Part shown: positions 24,701 to 39,700 of the stretch, one piece after another
Layout of the letters: the number at the start of each line of letters is the position of its first letter
Numbering within the stretch: the stretch's first letter is position 1
NCBI GenBank assembly: GCA_044892525.1
Contig: CM097888.1
Location: 34,162,001-34,226,000 of the forward strand
Origin: Schmidtea polychroa
Lineage: Eukaryota
Reading direction: 5' to 3'
DNA length: 64,000 bases
Made by a program: the position numbers and the translations under genes
Notes under the pieces: generated by a model
The model's input: only the letters and a program-made list of their open reading frames with translations
What the model was told of the DNA's origin: nothing
Databases searched by the model: none

Positions 24701-27700
24701 GCAGCAACTCAAATCAAACATCGACGACTCATCTATCACATTTACTCCTACTGTCATTACACCGACTTCTACAGTTTCTATCATTTGATCTACTTGACTG
24801 TCTTCCATACTTATTGTATATTCACTTGAACATTCTACAATCACACTTCTGAATTCTGATCCGACCTCGACTGCCTTAGAACCAACATGACTCAAGCTTT
24901 CTTCTATTGATTTACATTCAAAACTGCTTTCACTATCAACTGTCTCACACATGAACTCAGTCATTGTTTCTTGGAATTTTCCTACAGCTTCATGACTTGT
25001 TAGTGTATCAATGAATACAATATGCTTTTCTCCGAATGTTTCGCTTCCTATTTCAATCAATTTACTCTCTACACTACTACCGAAGTCAACTGTGTCTTTT
25101 AGTTTTTCGAAAGAAACATCTACAATTTCACTGTCTTTCACTGATTCACTACTCATATCTATAGCCTCTGCTTTATAGTCAGTTAACTTATTTGAAGCCT
25201 TTGTATCTTTTTCCAAGCTCGTATGTGTCAATTTAATTATTCCAGTTTCAGTTGCAATGTTTTCAGATTTGATCTAAACACAAGAAAACATTTCTTAAAA
25301 ATGTCCAAAATGTTTTGTAGTTTTTTTAAACGATAATTTATTATTATAAAATGTAATTAAAAGAAATGAATAAAAAATATGTGTAATGAAAATTTAATAA
25401 ATATCATGATAAATGTATCAAACATTGCTTTAGTGCTATAAATTGTAGGAAAAAAATTAATTTTATTTACCTCTATTTCACTGAAACATTCTTCCATTGT
25501 TGATTTCATCTCGTAGCCAGATTCCATGTTGCGAGTCTTTGTTTCTTCGAATTGTATTTCAACTGTGCAATATTTAATGTCTTCATCTGATGATATGATG
25601 GTTGTTGAATAAACTGATTTTTCTGTTTCAAACATTTCGCTTTCATGCTTAATCTCTCGACACCATTCTCCACTATATTCAACATGCTCAATTACATTTT
25701 CTATGCTAATATCCTCTATTGTCGGCTTAGCTGTTGAAGTAGCAATATCTAGCATTGGAATCTCCCAACTTACACTCTCATTTTCGATTAACAGTCTTTC
25801 TGATTCTTCATCCGGTTTCTGTATAGGAACTATTTCTTCGACAATTTCAACAGTTTCACATTCAACTGTGCAGCAACTCAATTCAAACATCGACGACTCA
25901 TCTATCACTTTCACTCCTACTGTCATTACACCGACTTCTACAGTTTCTATCATTTGATCTACTTGACTGTCTTCCATACTTATTGTATATTCACTTGAAC
26001 ATTCTACAATCACACTTCTGAATTCTGATCCGACCTCGACTGCCTTAGAACCAACATGACTCAAGCTTTCTTCTATTGATTTACATTCAAAACTGCTTTC
26101 ACTATCAACTGTCTCACACATGAACTCAGTCATTGTTTCTTGGAATTTTCCTACAGCTTCATGACTTGTTAGTGTATCAATGAATACAATATGCTTTTCT
26201 CCGAATGTTTCGCTTCCTACTTCAATCAATTTACTCTCTACACTACTACCGAAGTCAACTGTGTCTTTTAGTTTTTCGAAAGAAACATCTACAATTTCAC
26301 TGTCTTTCACTGATTCACTACTCATATCTATAGCCTCTGCTTTATAGTCAGTTAACTTATTTGAAGCCTTTGTATCTTTTTCCAAGCTCGTATGTGTCAA
26401 TTCGATTATTCCAGTTTCAGTTGCAATGTTTTCAGATTTGATCTAAACACAAGAAAACATTTCTTAAAAATGTCCAAAATGTTTTGTAGTTTTTTTAAAC
26501 GATAATTTATTATTATAAAATGTAATTAAAAGAAATGAATAAAAAATATGTGTAATGAAAATTTAATAAATATCATGATAAATGTATCAAACATTGCTTT
26601 AGTGCTATAAATTGTAGGAAAAAAATTAATTTTATTTACCTCTATTTCACTGAAACATTCTTCCATTGTTGATTTCATTTCGTAGCCAGATTCCATGTTG
26701 CGAGTCTTTGTTTCTTCGAATTGTATTTCAACTGTGCAATATTTAATGTCTTCATCTGATGATATGATGGTTGTTGAATAAACTGATTTTTCTGTTTCAA
26801 ACATTTCGCTTTCATGCTTAATCTCTCGACACCATTCTCCACTATATTCAACATGCTCAATTACATTTTCTATGCTAATATCCTCTATTGTCGGCTTAGC
26901 TGTTGAAGTAGCAATATCTAGCATTGGAATCTCCCAACTTACACTCTCATTTTCGATTAACAGTCTTTCTGATTCTTCATCCGGTTTCTGTATAGGAACT
27001 ATTTCTTCGACAATTTCAACAGTTTCACATTCAACTGTGCAGCAACTCAATTCAAACATCGACGACTCATCTATCACTTTCACTCCTACTGTCATTACAC
27101 CGACTTCTACAGTTTCTATCATTTGATCTACTTGACTGTCTTCCATACTTATTGTATATTCACTTGAACATTCTACAATCACACTTCTGAATTCTGATCC
27201 GACCTCGACTGCCTTAGAACCAACATGACTCAAGCTTTCTTCTATTGATTTACATTCAAAACTGCTTTCATTATCAACTGTCTCACACATGAACTCAGTC
27301 ATTGTTTCTTGGAATTTTCCTACAGCTTCATGACTTGTTAGTGTATCAATGAATACAATATGCTTTTCTCCGAATGTTTCGCTTCCTACTTCAATCAATT
27401 TACTCTCTACACTACTACCGAAGTCAACTGTGTCTTTTAGTTTTTCGAAAGAAACCTCTACAATTTCACTATCTTTCACTGATTCACTACTCATATCTAT
27501 AGCCTCTGCTTTATAGTCAGTTAACTTATTTGAAGCCTTTGTATCTTTTTCCAAGCTCGTATGTGTCAATTCGATTATTCCAGTTTCAGTTGCAATGTTT
27601 TCAGATTTGATCTAAACACGAGAAAACATTTCTTAAAAATGTCCAAAATGTTTTGTAGTTTTTTTAAACGTTAATTTATTATTATAAAAAGTAATTAAAA

Positions 27701-30700
27701 GAAATGAATAAAAAATATGTTTAATGAAAATTTAATAAATATCATGATAAATGTATCAAACATTGCTTTAGTGCTATAAATTGTAGGAAAAAAATTAATT
27801 TTATTTACCTCTATTTCACTGAAACATTCTTCCATTGTTGATTTCATTTCGTAGCCAGATTCCATGTTGCGAGTCTTTGTTTCTTCGAATTGTATTTCAA
27901 CGGTGCAATATTTAATGTCTTCATCTGATGATATGATGGTTGTTGAATAAACTGATTTTTCTGTTTCAAACATTTCGCTTTCATGCTTAATCTCTCGACA
28001 CCATTCTCCACTATATTCAACATGCTCAATTACATTTTCTATGCTAATATCCTCTATTGTCGGCTTAGCTGTTGAAGTAGCAATATCTAGCATTGGAATC
28101 TCCCAACTTACACTCTCATTTTCGATTAGTAGTCTTTCTGACTCTTCATCCGATTTCTGTATAGGAACTATTTCTTCGACAATTTCAACAGTTTCACATT
28201 CAACTGTGCAGCAACTCAAATCAAACATCGACGACTCATCTATCACATTTACTCCTACTGTCATTACACCGACTTCTACAGTTTCTATCATTTGATCTAC
28301 TTGACTGTCTTCCATACTTATTGTATATTCACTTGAACATTCTACAATCACACTTCTGAATTCTGATCCGACCTCGACTGCCTTAGAACCAACATGACTC
28401 AAGCTTTCTTCTATTGATTTACATTCAAAACTGCTTTCATTATCAACTGTCTCACACATGAACTCAGTCATTGTTTCTTGGAATTTTCCTACAGCTTCAT
28501 GACTTGTTAGTGTATCAATGAATACAATATGCTTTTCTCCGAATGTTTCGCTTCCTACTTCAATCAATTTACTCTCTACACTACTACCGAAGTCAACTGT
28601 GTCTTTTAGTTTTTCGAAAGAAACATCTACAATTTCACTGTCTTTCACTGATTCACTACTCATATCTATAGCCTCTGCTTTATAGTCAGTTAACTTATTT
28701 GAAGCCTTTGTATCTTTTTCCAAGCTCGTATGTGTCAATTCGATTATTCCAGTTTCAGTTGCAATGTTTTCAGATTTGATCTAAACACAAGAAAACATTT
28801 CTTAAAAATGTCCAAAATGTTTTGTAGTTTTTTTAAACGATAATTTATTATTATAAAATGTAATTAAAAGAAATGAATAAAAAATATGTGTAATGAAAAT
28901 TTAATAAATATCATGATAAATGTATCAAACATTGCTTTAGTGCTATAAATTGTAGGAAAAAAATTAATTTTATTTACCTCTATTTCACTGAAACATTCTT
29001 CCATTGTTGATTTCATTTCGTAGCCAGATTCCATGTTGCGAGTCTTTGTTTCTTCGAATTGTATTTCAACTGTGCAATATTTAATGTCTTCATCTGATGA
29101 TATGATGGTTGTTGAATAAACTGATTTTTCTGTTTCAAACATTTCGCTTTCATGCTTAATCTCTCGACACCATTCTCCACTATATTCAACATGCTCAATT
29201 ACATTTTCTATGCTAATATCCTCTATTGTCGGCTTAGCTGTTGAAGTAGCAATATCTAGCATTGGAATCTCCCAACTTACACTCTCATTTTCGATTAACA
29301 GTCTTTCTGATTCTTCATCCGGTTTCTGTATAGGAACTATTTCTTCGACAATTTCAACAGTTTCACATTCAACTGTGCAGCAACTCAATTCAAACATCGA
29401 CGACTCATCTATCACTTTCACTCCTACTGTCATTACACCGACTTCTACAGTTTCTATCATTTGATCTACTTGACTGTCTTCCATACTTATTGTATATTCA
29501 CTTGAACATTCTACAATCACACTTCTGAATTCTGATCCGACCTCGACTGCCTTAGAACCAACATGACTCAAGCTTTCTTCTATTGATTTACATTCAAAAC
29601 TGCTTTCATTATCAACTGTCTCACACATGAACTCAGTCATTGTTTCTTGGAATTTTCCTACAGCTTCATGACTTGTTAGTGTATCAATGAATACAATATG
29701 CTTTTCTCCGAATGTTTCGCTTCCTACTTCAATCAATTTACTCTCTACACTACTACCGAAGTCAACTGTGTCTTTTAGTTTTTCGAAAGAAACCTCTACA
29801 ATTTCACTATCTTTCACTGATTCACTACTCATATCTATAGCCTCTGCTTTATAGTCAGTTAACTTATTTGAAGCCTTTGTATCTTTTTCCAAGCTCGTAT
29901 GTGTCAATTCGATTATTCCAGTTTCAGTTGCAATGTTTTCAGATTTGATCTAAACACGAGAAAACATTTCTTAAAAATGTCCAAAATGTTTTGTAGTTTT
30001 TTTAAACGTTAATTTATTATTATAAAAAGTAATTAAAAGAAATGAATAAAAAATATGTTTAATGAAAATTTAATAAATATCATGATAAATGTATCAAACA
30101 TTGCTTTAGTGCTATAAATTGTAGGAAAAAAATTAATTTTATTTACCTCTATTTCACTGAAACATTCTTCCATTGTTGATTTCATTTCGTAGCCAGATTC
30201 CATGTTGCGAGTCTTTGTTTCTTCGAATTGTATTTCAACGGTGCAATATTTAATGTCTTCATCTGATGATATGATGGTTGTTGAATAAACTGATTTTTCT
30301 GTTTCAAACATTTCGCTTTCATGCTTAATCTCTCGACACCATTCTCCACTATATTCAACATGCTCAATTACATTTTCTATGCTAATATCCTCTATTGTCG
30401 GCTTAGCTGTTGAAGTAGCAATATCTAGCATTGGAATCTCCCAACTTACACTCTCATTTTCGATTAACAGTCTTTCTGATTCTTCATCCGGTTTCTGTAT
30501 AGGAACTATTTCTTCGACAATTTCAACAGTTTCACATTCAACTGTGCAGCAACTCAATTCAAACATCGACGACTCATCTATCACTTTCACTCCTACTGTC
30601 ATTACACCGACTTCTACAGTTTCTATCATTTGATCTACTTGACTGTCTTCCATACTTATTGTATATTCACTTGAACATTCTACAATCACACTTCTGAATT

Positions 30701-33700
30701 CTGATCCGACCTCGACTGCCTTAGAACCAACATGACTCAAGCTTTCTTCTATTGATTTACATTCAAAACTGCTTTCACTATCAACTGTCTCACACATGAA
30801 CTCAGTCATTGTTTCTTGGAATTTTCCTACAGCTTCATGACTTGTTAGTGTATCAATGAATACAATATGCTTTTCTCCGAATGTTTCGCTTCCTATTTCA
30901 ATCAATTTACTCTCTACACTACAACCGAAGTCAACTGTGTCTTTTAGTTTTTCGAAAGAAACATCTACAATTTCACTGTCTTTCACTGATTCACTACTCA
31001 TATCTATAGCCTCTGCTTTATAGTCAGTTAACTTATTTGAAGCCTTTGTATCTTTTTCCAAGCTCGTATGTGTCAATTCGATTATTCCAGTTTCAGTTGC
31101 AATGTTTTCAGATTTGATCTAAACACGAGAAAACATTTCTTAAAAATGTCCAAAATGTTTTGTAGTTTTTTTAAACGATAATTTATTATTATAAAATGTA
31201 ATTAAAAGAAATGAATAAAAAATATGTGTAATGAAAATTTAATAAATATCATGATAAATGTATCAAACATTGCTTTAGTGCTATAAATTGTAGGAAAAAA
31301 ATTAATTTTATTTACCTCTATTGCACTGAAACATTCTTCCATTGTTGATTTCATTTCGTGGCCAGATTCCATGTTGCGAGTCTTTGTTTCTTTGAATTGA
31401 ATTTCAACTGTGCAATATTTAATGTCTTCATCTGATGATATGATGGTTGTTGAATAAACTGATTTTTCTGTTTCAAACATTTCGCTTTCATGCTTAATCT
31501 CTCGACACCATTCTCCACTATATTCAACATGCTCAATTACATTTTCTATGCTAATATCCTCTATTGTCGGCTTAGCTGTTGAAGTAGCAATATCTAGCAT
31601 TGGAATCTCCCAACTTACACTCTCATTTTCGATTAATAGTCTTTCTGACTCTTCATCCGATTTCTGTATAGGAACTATTTCTTCGACAATTTCAACAGTT
31701 TCACATTCAACTGTGCAGCAACTCAAATCAAACATCGACGACTCATCTATCACATTTACTCCTACTGTCATTACACCGACTTCTACAGTTTCTATCATTT
31801 GATCTACTTGACTGTCTTCCATACTTATTGTATATTCACTTGAACATTCTACAATCACACTTCTGAATTCTGATCCGACCTCGACTGCCTTAGAACCAAC
31901 ATGACTCAAGCTTTCTTCTATTGATTTACATTCAAAACTGCTTTCACTATCAACTGTCTCACACATGAACTCAGTCATTGTTTCTTGGAATTTTCCTACA
32001 GCTTCATGACTTGTTAGTGTATCAATGAATACAATATGCTTTTCTCCGAATGTTTCGCTTCCTACTTCAATCAATTTACTCTCTACACTACTACCGAAGT
32101 CAACTGTGTCTTTTAGTTTTTCGAAAGAAACCTCTACAATTTCATTATCTTTCACTGATTCACTACTCATATCTATAGCCTCTGCTTTATAGTCAGTTAA
32201 CTTATTTGAAGCCTTTGTATCTTTTTCCAAGCTCGTATGTGTCAATTCGATTATTCCAGTTTCAGTTGCAATGTTTTCAGATTTGATCTAAACACGAGAA
32301 AACATTTCTTAAAAATGTCCAAAATGTTTTGTAGTTTTTTTAAACGTTAATTTATTATTATAAAAAGTAATTAAAAGAAATGAATAAAAAATATGTTTAA
32401 TGAAAATTTAATAAATATCATGATAAATGTATCAAACATTGCTTTAGTGCTATAAATTGTAGGAAAAAAATTAATTTTATTTACCTCTATTTCACTGAAA
32501 CATTCTTCCATTGTTGATTTCATTTCGTAGCCAGATTCCATGTTGCGAGTCTTTGTTTCTTCGAATTGTATTTCAACTGTGCAATATTTAATGTCTTCAT
32601 CTGATGATATGATGGTTGTTGAATAAACTGATTTTTCTGTTTCAAACATTTCGCTTTCATGCTTAATCTCTCGACACCATTCTCCACTATATTCAACATG
32701 CTCAATTACATTTTCTATGCTAATATCCTCTATTGTCGGCTTAGCTGTTGAAGTAGCAATATCTAGCATTGGAATCTCCCAACTTACACTCTCATTTTCG
32801 ATTAACAGTCTTTCTGATTCTTCATCCGGTTTCTGTATAGGAACTATTTCTTCGACAATTTCAACAGTTTCACATTCAACTGTGCAGCAACTCAAATCAA
32901 ACATCGACGACTCATCTATCACATTTACTCCTACTGTCATTACACCGACTTCTACAGTTTCTATCATTTGATCTACTTGACTGTCTTCCATACTTATTGT
33001 ATATTCACTTGAACATTCTACAATCACACTTCTGAATTCTGATCCGACCTCGACTGCCTTAGAACCAACATGACTCAAGCTTTCTTCTATTGATTTACAT
33101 TCAAAACTGCTTTCACTATCAACTGTCTCACACATGAACTCAGTCATTGTTTCTTGGAATTTTCCTACAGCTTCATGACTTGTTAGTGTATCAATGAATA
33201 CAATATGCTTTTCTCCGAATGTTTCGCTTCCTACTTCAATCAATTTACTCTCTACACTACTACCGAAGTCAACTGTGTCTTTTAGTTTTTCGAAAGAAAC
33301 CTCTACAATTTCATTATCTTTCACTGATTCACTACTCATATCTATAGCCTCTGCTTTATAGTCAGTTAACTTATTTGAAGCCTTTGTATCTTTTTCCAAG
33401 CTCGTATGTGTCAATTCGATTATTCCAGTTTCAGTTGCAATGTTTTCAGATTTGATCTAAACACGAGAAAACATTTCTTAAAAATGTCCAAAATGTTTTG
33501 TAGTTTTTTTAAACGATAATTTATTATTATAAAAAGTAATTAAAAGAAATGAATAAAAAATATGTTTAATGAAAATTTAATAAATATCATGATAAATGTA
33601 TCAAACATTGCTTTAGTGCTATAAATTGTAGGAAAAAAATTAATTTTATTTACCTCTATTTCACTGAAACATTCTTCCATTGTTGATTTCATTTCGTAGC

Positions 33701-36700
33701 CAGATTCCATGTTGCGAGTCTTTGTTTCTTCGAATTGTATTTCAACGGTGCAATATTTAATGTCTTCATCTGATGATATGATGGTTGTTGAATAAACTGA
33801 TTTTTCTGTTTCAAACATTTCGTTTTCATGCTTAATCTCTCGACACCATTCTCCACTATATTCAACATGCTCAATTACATTTTCTATGCTAATATCCTCT
33901 ATTGTCGGCTTAGCTGTTGAAGTAGCAATATCTAGCATTGGAATCTCCCAACTTACACTCTCATTTTCGATTAATAGTCTTTCTGACTCTTCATCCGATT
34001 TCTGTATAGGAACTATTTCTTCGACAATTTCAACAGTTTCACATTCAACTGTGCAGCAACTCAAATCAAACATCGACGACTCATCTATCACATTTACTCC
34101 TACTGTCATTACACCGACTTCTACAGTTTCTATCATTTGATCTACTTGACTGTCTTCCATACTTATTGTATATTCACTTGAACATTCTACAATCACACTT
34201 CTGAATTCTGATCCGACCTCGACTGCCTTAGAACCAACATGACTCAAGCTTTCTTCTATTGATTTACATTCAAAACTGCTTTCACTATCAACTGTCTCAC
34301 ACATGAACTCAGTCATTGTTTCTTGGAATTTTCCTACAGCTTCATGACTTGTTAGTGTATCAATGAATACAATATGCTTTTCTCCGAATGTTTCGCTTCC
34401 TATTTCAATCAATTTACTCTCTACACTACTACCGAAGTCAACTGTGTCTTTTAGTTTTTCGAAAGAAACATCTACAATTTCACTGTCTTTCACTGATTCA
34501 CTACTCATATCTATAGCCTCTGCTTTATAGTCAGTTAACTTATTTGAAGCCTTTGTATCTTTTTCCAAGCTCGTATGTGTCAATTCGATTATTCCAGTTT
34601 CAGTTGCAATGTTTTCAGATTTGATCTAAACACGAGAAAACATTTCTTAAAAATGTCCAAAATGTTTTGTAGTTTTTTTAAACGATAATTTATTATTATA
34701 AAATGTAATTAAAAGAAATGAATAAAAAATATGTGTAATGAAAATTTAATAAATATCATGATAAATGTATCAAACATTGCTTTAGTGCTATAAATTGTAG
34801 GAAAAAAATTAATTTTATTTACCTCTATTTCACTGAAACATTCTTCCATTGTTGATTTCATTTCGTGGCCAGATTCCATGTTGCGAGTCTTTGTTTCTTC
34901 GAATTGTATTTCAACTGTGCAATATTTAATGTCTTCATCTGATGATATGATGGTTGTTGAATAAACTGATTTTTCTGTTTCAAACATTTCGCTTTCATGC
35001 TTAATCTCTCGACACCATTCTCCACTATATTCAACATGCTCAATTACATTTTCTATGCTAATATCCTCTATTGTCGGCTTAGCTGTTGAAGTAGCAATAT
35101 CTAGCATTGGAATCTCCCAACTTACACTCTCATTTTCGATTAATAGTCTTTCTGACTCTTCATCCGATTTCTGTATAGGAACTATTTCTTCGACAATTTC
35201 AACAGTTTCACATTCAACTGTGCAGCAACTCAAATCAAACATCGACGACTCATCTATCACATTTACTCCTACTGTCATTACACCGACTTCTACAGTTTCT
35301 ATCATTTGATCTACTTGACTGTCTTCCATACTTATTGTATATTCACTTGAACATTCTACAATCACACTTCTGAATTCTGATCCGACCTCGACTGCCTTAG
35401 AACCAACATGACTCAAGCTTTCTTCTATTGATTTACATTCAAAACTGCTTTCACTATCAACTGTCTCACACATGAACTCAGTCATTGTTTCTTGGAATTT
35501 TCCTACAGCTTCATGACTTGTTAGTGTATCAATGAATACAATATGCTTTTCTCCGAATGTTTCGCTTCCTACTTCAATCAATTTACTCTCTACACTACTA
35601 CCGAAGTCAACTGTGTCTTTTAGTTTTTCGAAAGAAACCTCTACAATTTCATTATCTTTCACTGATTCACTACTCATATCTATAGCCTCTGCTTTATAGT
35701 CAGTTAACTTATTTGAAGCCTTTGTATCTTTTTCCAAGCTCGTATGTGTCAATTCGATTATTCCAGTTTCAGTTGCAATGTTTTCAGATTTGATCTAAAC
35801 ACGAGAAAACATTTCTTAAAAATGTCCAAAATGTTTTGTAGTTTTTTTAAACGATAATTTATTATTATAAAAAGTAATTAAAAGAAATGAATAAAAAATA
35901 TGTTTAATGAAAATTTAATAAATATCATGATAAATGTATCAAACATTGCTTTAGTGCTATAAATTGTAGGAAAAAAATTAATTTTATTTACCTCTATTTC
36001 ACTGAAACATTCTTCCATTGTTGATTTCATTTCGTAGCCAGATTCCATGTTGCGAGTCTTTGTTTCTTCGAATTGTATTTCAACTGTGCAATATTTAATG
36101 TCTTCATCTGATGATATGATGGTTGTTGAATAAACTGATTTTTCTGTTTCAAACATTTCGTTTTCATGCTTAATCTCTCGACACCATTCTCCACTATATT
36201 CAACATGCTCAATTACATTTTCTATGCTAATATCCTCTATTGTCGGCTTAGCTGTTGAAGTAGCAATATCTAGCATTGGAATCTCCCAACTTACACTCTC
36301 ATTTTCGATTAATAGTCTTTCTGACTCTTCATCCGATTTCTGTATAGGAACTATTTCTTCGACAATTTCAACAGTTTCACATTCAACTGTGCAGCAACTC
36401 AAATCAAACATCGACGACTCATCTATCACATTTACTCCTACTGTCATTACACCGACTTCTACAGTTTCTATCATTTGATCTACTTGACTGTCTTCCATAC
36501 TTATTGTATATTCACTTGAACATTCTACAATCACACTTCTGAATTCTGATCCGACCTCGACTGCCTTAGAACCAACATGACTCAAGCTTTCTTCTATTGA
36601 TTTACATTCAAAACTGCTTTCACTATCAACTGTCTCACACATGAACTCAGTCATTGTTTCTTGGAATTTTCCTACAGCTTCATGACTTGTTAGTGTATCA

Positions 36701-39700
36701 ATGAATACAATATGCTTTTCTCCGAATGTTTCGCTTCCTACTTCAATCAATTTACTCTCTACACTACTACCGAAGTCAACTGTGTCTTTTAGTTTTTCGA
36801 AAGAAACATCTACAATTTCACTGTCTTTCACTGATTCACTACTCATATCTATAGCCTCTGCTTTATAGTCAGTTAACTTATTTGAAGCCTTTGTATCTTT
36901 TTCCAAGCTCGTATGTGTCAATTCGATTATTCCAGTTTCAGTTGCAATGTTTTCAGATTTGATCTAAACACAAGAAAACAATTCTTAAAAATGTCCAAAA
37001 TGTTTTGTAGTTTTTTTAAACGATAATTTATTATTATAAAATGTAATTAAAAGAAATGAATAAAAAATATGTGTAATGAAAATTTAATAAATATCATGAT
37101 AAATGTATCAAACATTGCTTTAGTGCTATAAATTGTAGGAAAAAAATTAATTTTATTTACCTCTATTTCACTGAAACATTCTTCCATTGTTGATTTCATT
37201 TCGTAGCCAGATTCCATGTTGCGAGTCTTTGTTTCTTCGAATTGTATTTCAACTGTGCAATATTTAATGTCTTCATCTGATGATATGATGGTTGTTGAAT
37301 AAACTGATTTTTCTGTTTCAAACATTTCGCTTTCATGCTTAATCTCTCGACACCATTCTCCACTATATTCAACATGCTCAATTACATTTTCTATGCTAAT
37401 ATCCTCTATTGTCGGCTTAGCTGTTGAAGTAGCAATATCTAGCATTGGAATCTCCCAACTTACACTCTCATTTTCGATTAACAGTCTTTCTGATTCTTCA
37501 TCCGGTTTCTGTATAGGAACTATTTCTTCGACAATTTCAACAGTTTCACATTCAACTGTGCAGCAACTCAAATCAAACATCGACGACTCATCTATCACAT
37601 TTACTCCTACTGTCATTACACCGACTTCTACAGTTTCTATCATTTGATCTACTTGACTGTCTTCCATACTTATTGTATATTCACTTGAACATTCTACAAT
37701 CACACTTCTGAATTCTGATCCGACCTCGACTGCCTTAGAACCAACATGACTCAAGCTTTCTTCTATTGATTTACATTCAAAACTGCTTTCACTATCAACT
37801 GTCTCACACATGAACTCAGTCATTGTTTCTTGGAATTTTCCTACAGCTTCATGACTTGTTAGTGTATCAATGAATACAATATGCTTTTCTCCGAATGTTT
37901 CGCTTCCTACTTCAATCAATTTACTCTCTACACTACTACCGAAGTCAACTGTGTCTTTTAGTTTTTCGAAAGAAACCTCTACAATTTCATTATCTTTCAC
38001 TGATTCACTACTCATATCTATAGCCTCTGCTTTATAGTCAGTTAACTTATTTGAAGCCTTTGTATCTTTTTCCAAGCTCGTATGTGTCAATTCGATTATT
38101 CCAGTTTCAGTTGCAATGTTTTCAGATTTGATCTAAACACGAGAAAACATTTCTTAAAAATGTCCAAAATGTTTTGTAGTTTTTTTAAACGATAATTTAT
38201 TATTATAAAAAGTAATTAAAAGAAATGAATAAAAAATATGTTTAATGAAAATTTAATAAATATCATGATAAATGTATCAAACATTGCTTTAGTGCTATAA
38301 ATTGTAGGAAAAAAATTAATTTTATTTACCTCTATTTCACTGAAACATTCTTCCATTGTTGATTTCATTTCGTAGCCAGATTCCATGTTGCGAGTCTTTG
38401 TTTCTTCGAATTGTATTTCAACTGTGCAATATTTAATGTCTTCATCTGATGATATGATGGTTGTTGAATAAACTGATTTTTCTGTTTCAAACATTTCGTT
38501 TTCATGCTTAATCTCTCGACACCATTCTCCACTATATTCAACATGCTCAATTACATTTTCTATGCTAATATCCTCTATTGTCGGCTTAGCTGTTGAAGTA
38601 GCAATATCTAGCATTGGAATCTCCCAACTTACACTCTCATTTTCGATTAATAGTCTTTCTGACTCTTCATCCGATTTCTGTATAGGAACTATTTCTTCGA
38701 CAATTTCAACAGTTTCACATTCAACTGTGCAGCAACTCAAATCAAACATCGACGACTCATCTATCACATTTACTCCTACTGTCATTACACCGACTTCTAC
38801 AGTTTCTATCATTTGATCTACTTGACTGTCTTCCATACTTATTGTATATTCACTTGAACATTCTACAATCACACTTCTGAATTCTGATCCGACCTCGACT
38901 GCCTTAGAACCAACATGACTCAAGCTTTCTTCTATTGATTTACATTCAAAACTGCTTTCACTATCAACTGTCTCACACATGAACTCAGTCATTGTTTCTT
39001 GGAATTTTCCTACAGCTTCATGACTTGTTAGTGTATCAATGAATACAATATGCTTTTCTCCGAATGTTTCGCTTCCTACTTCAATCAATTTACTCTCTAC
39101 ACTACTACCGAAGTCAACTGTGTCTTTTAGTTTTTCGAAAGAAACATCTACAATTTCACTGTCTTTCACTGATTCACTACTCATATCTATAGCCTCTGCT
39201 TTATAGTCAGTTAACTTATTTGAAGCCTTTGTATCTTTTTCCAAGCTCGTATGTGTCAATTCGATTATTCCAGTTTCAGTTGCAATGTTTTCAGATTTGA
39301 TCTAAACACAAGAAAACAATTCTTAAAAATGTCCAAAATGTTTTGTAGTTTTTTTAAACGATAATTTATTATTATAAAATGTAATTAAAAGAAATGAATA
39401 AAAAATATGTGTAATGAAAATTTAATAAATATCATGATAAATGTATCAAACATTGCTTTAGTGCTATAAATTGTAGGAAAAAAATTAATTTTATTTACCT
39501 CTATTTCACTGAAACATTCTTCCATTGTTGATTTCATTTCGTAGCCAGATTCCATGTTGCGAGTCTTTGTTTCTTCGAATTGTATTTCAACTGTGCAATA
39601 TTTAATGTCTTCATCTGATGATATGATGGTTGTTGAATAAACTGATTTTTCTGTTTCAAACATTTCGCTTTCATGCTTAATCTCTCGACACCATTCTCCA

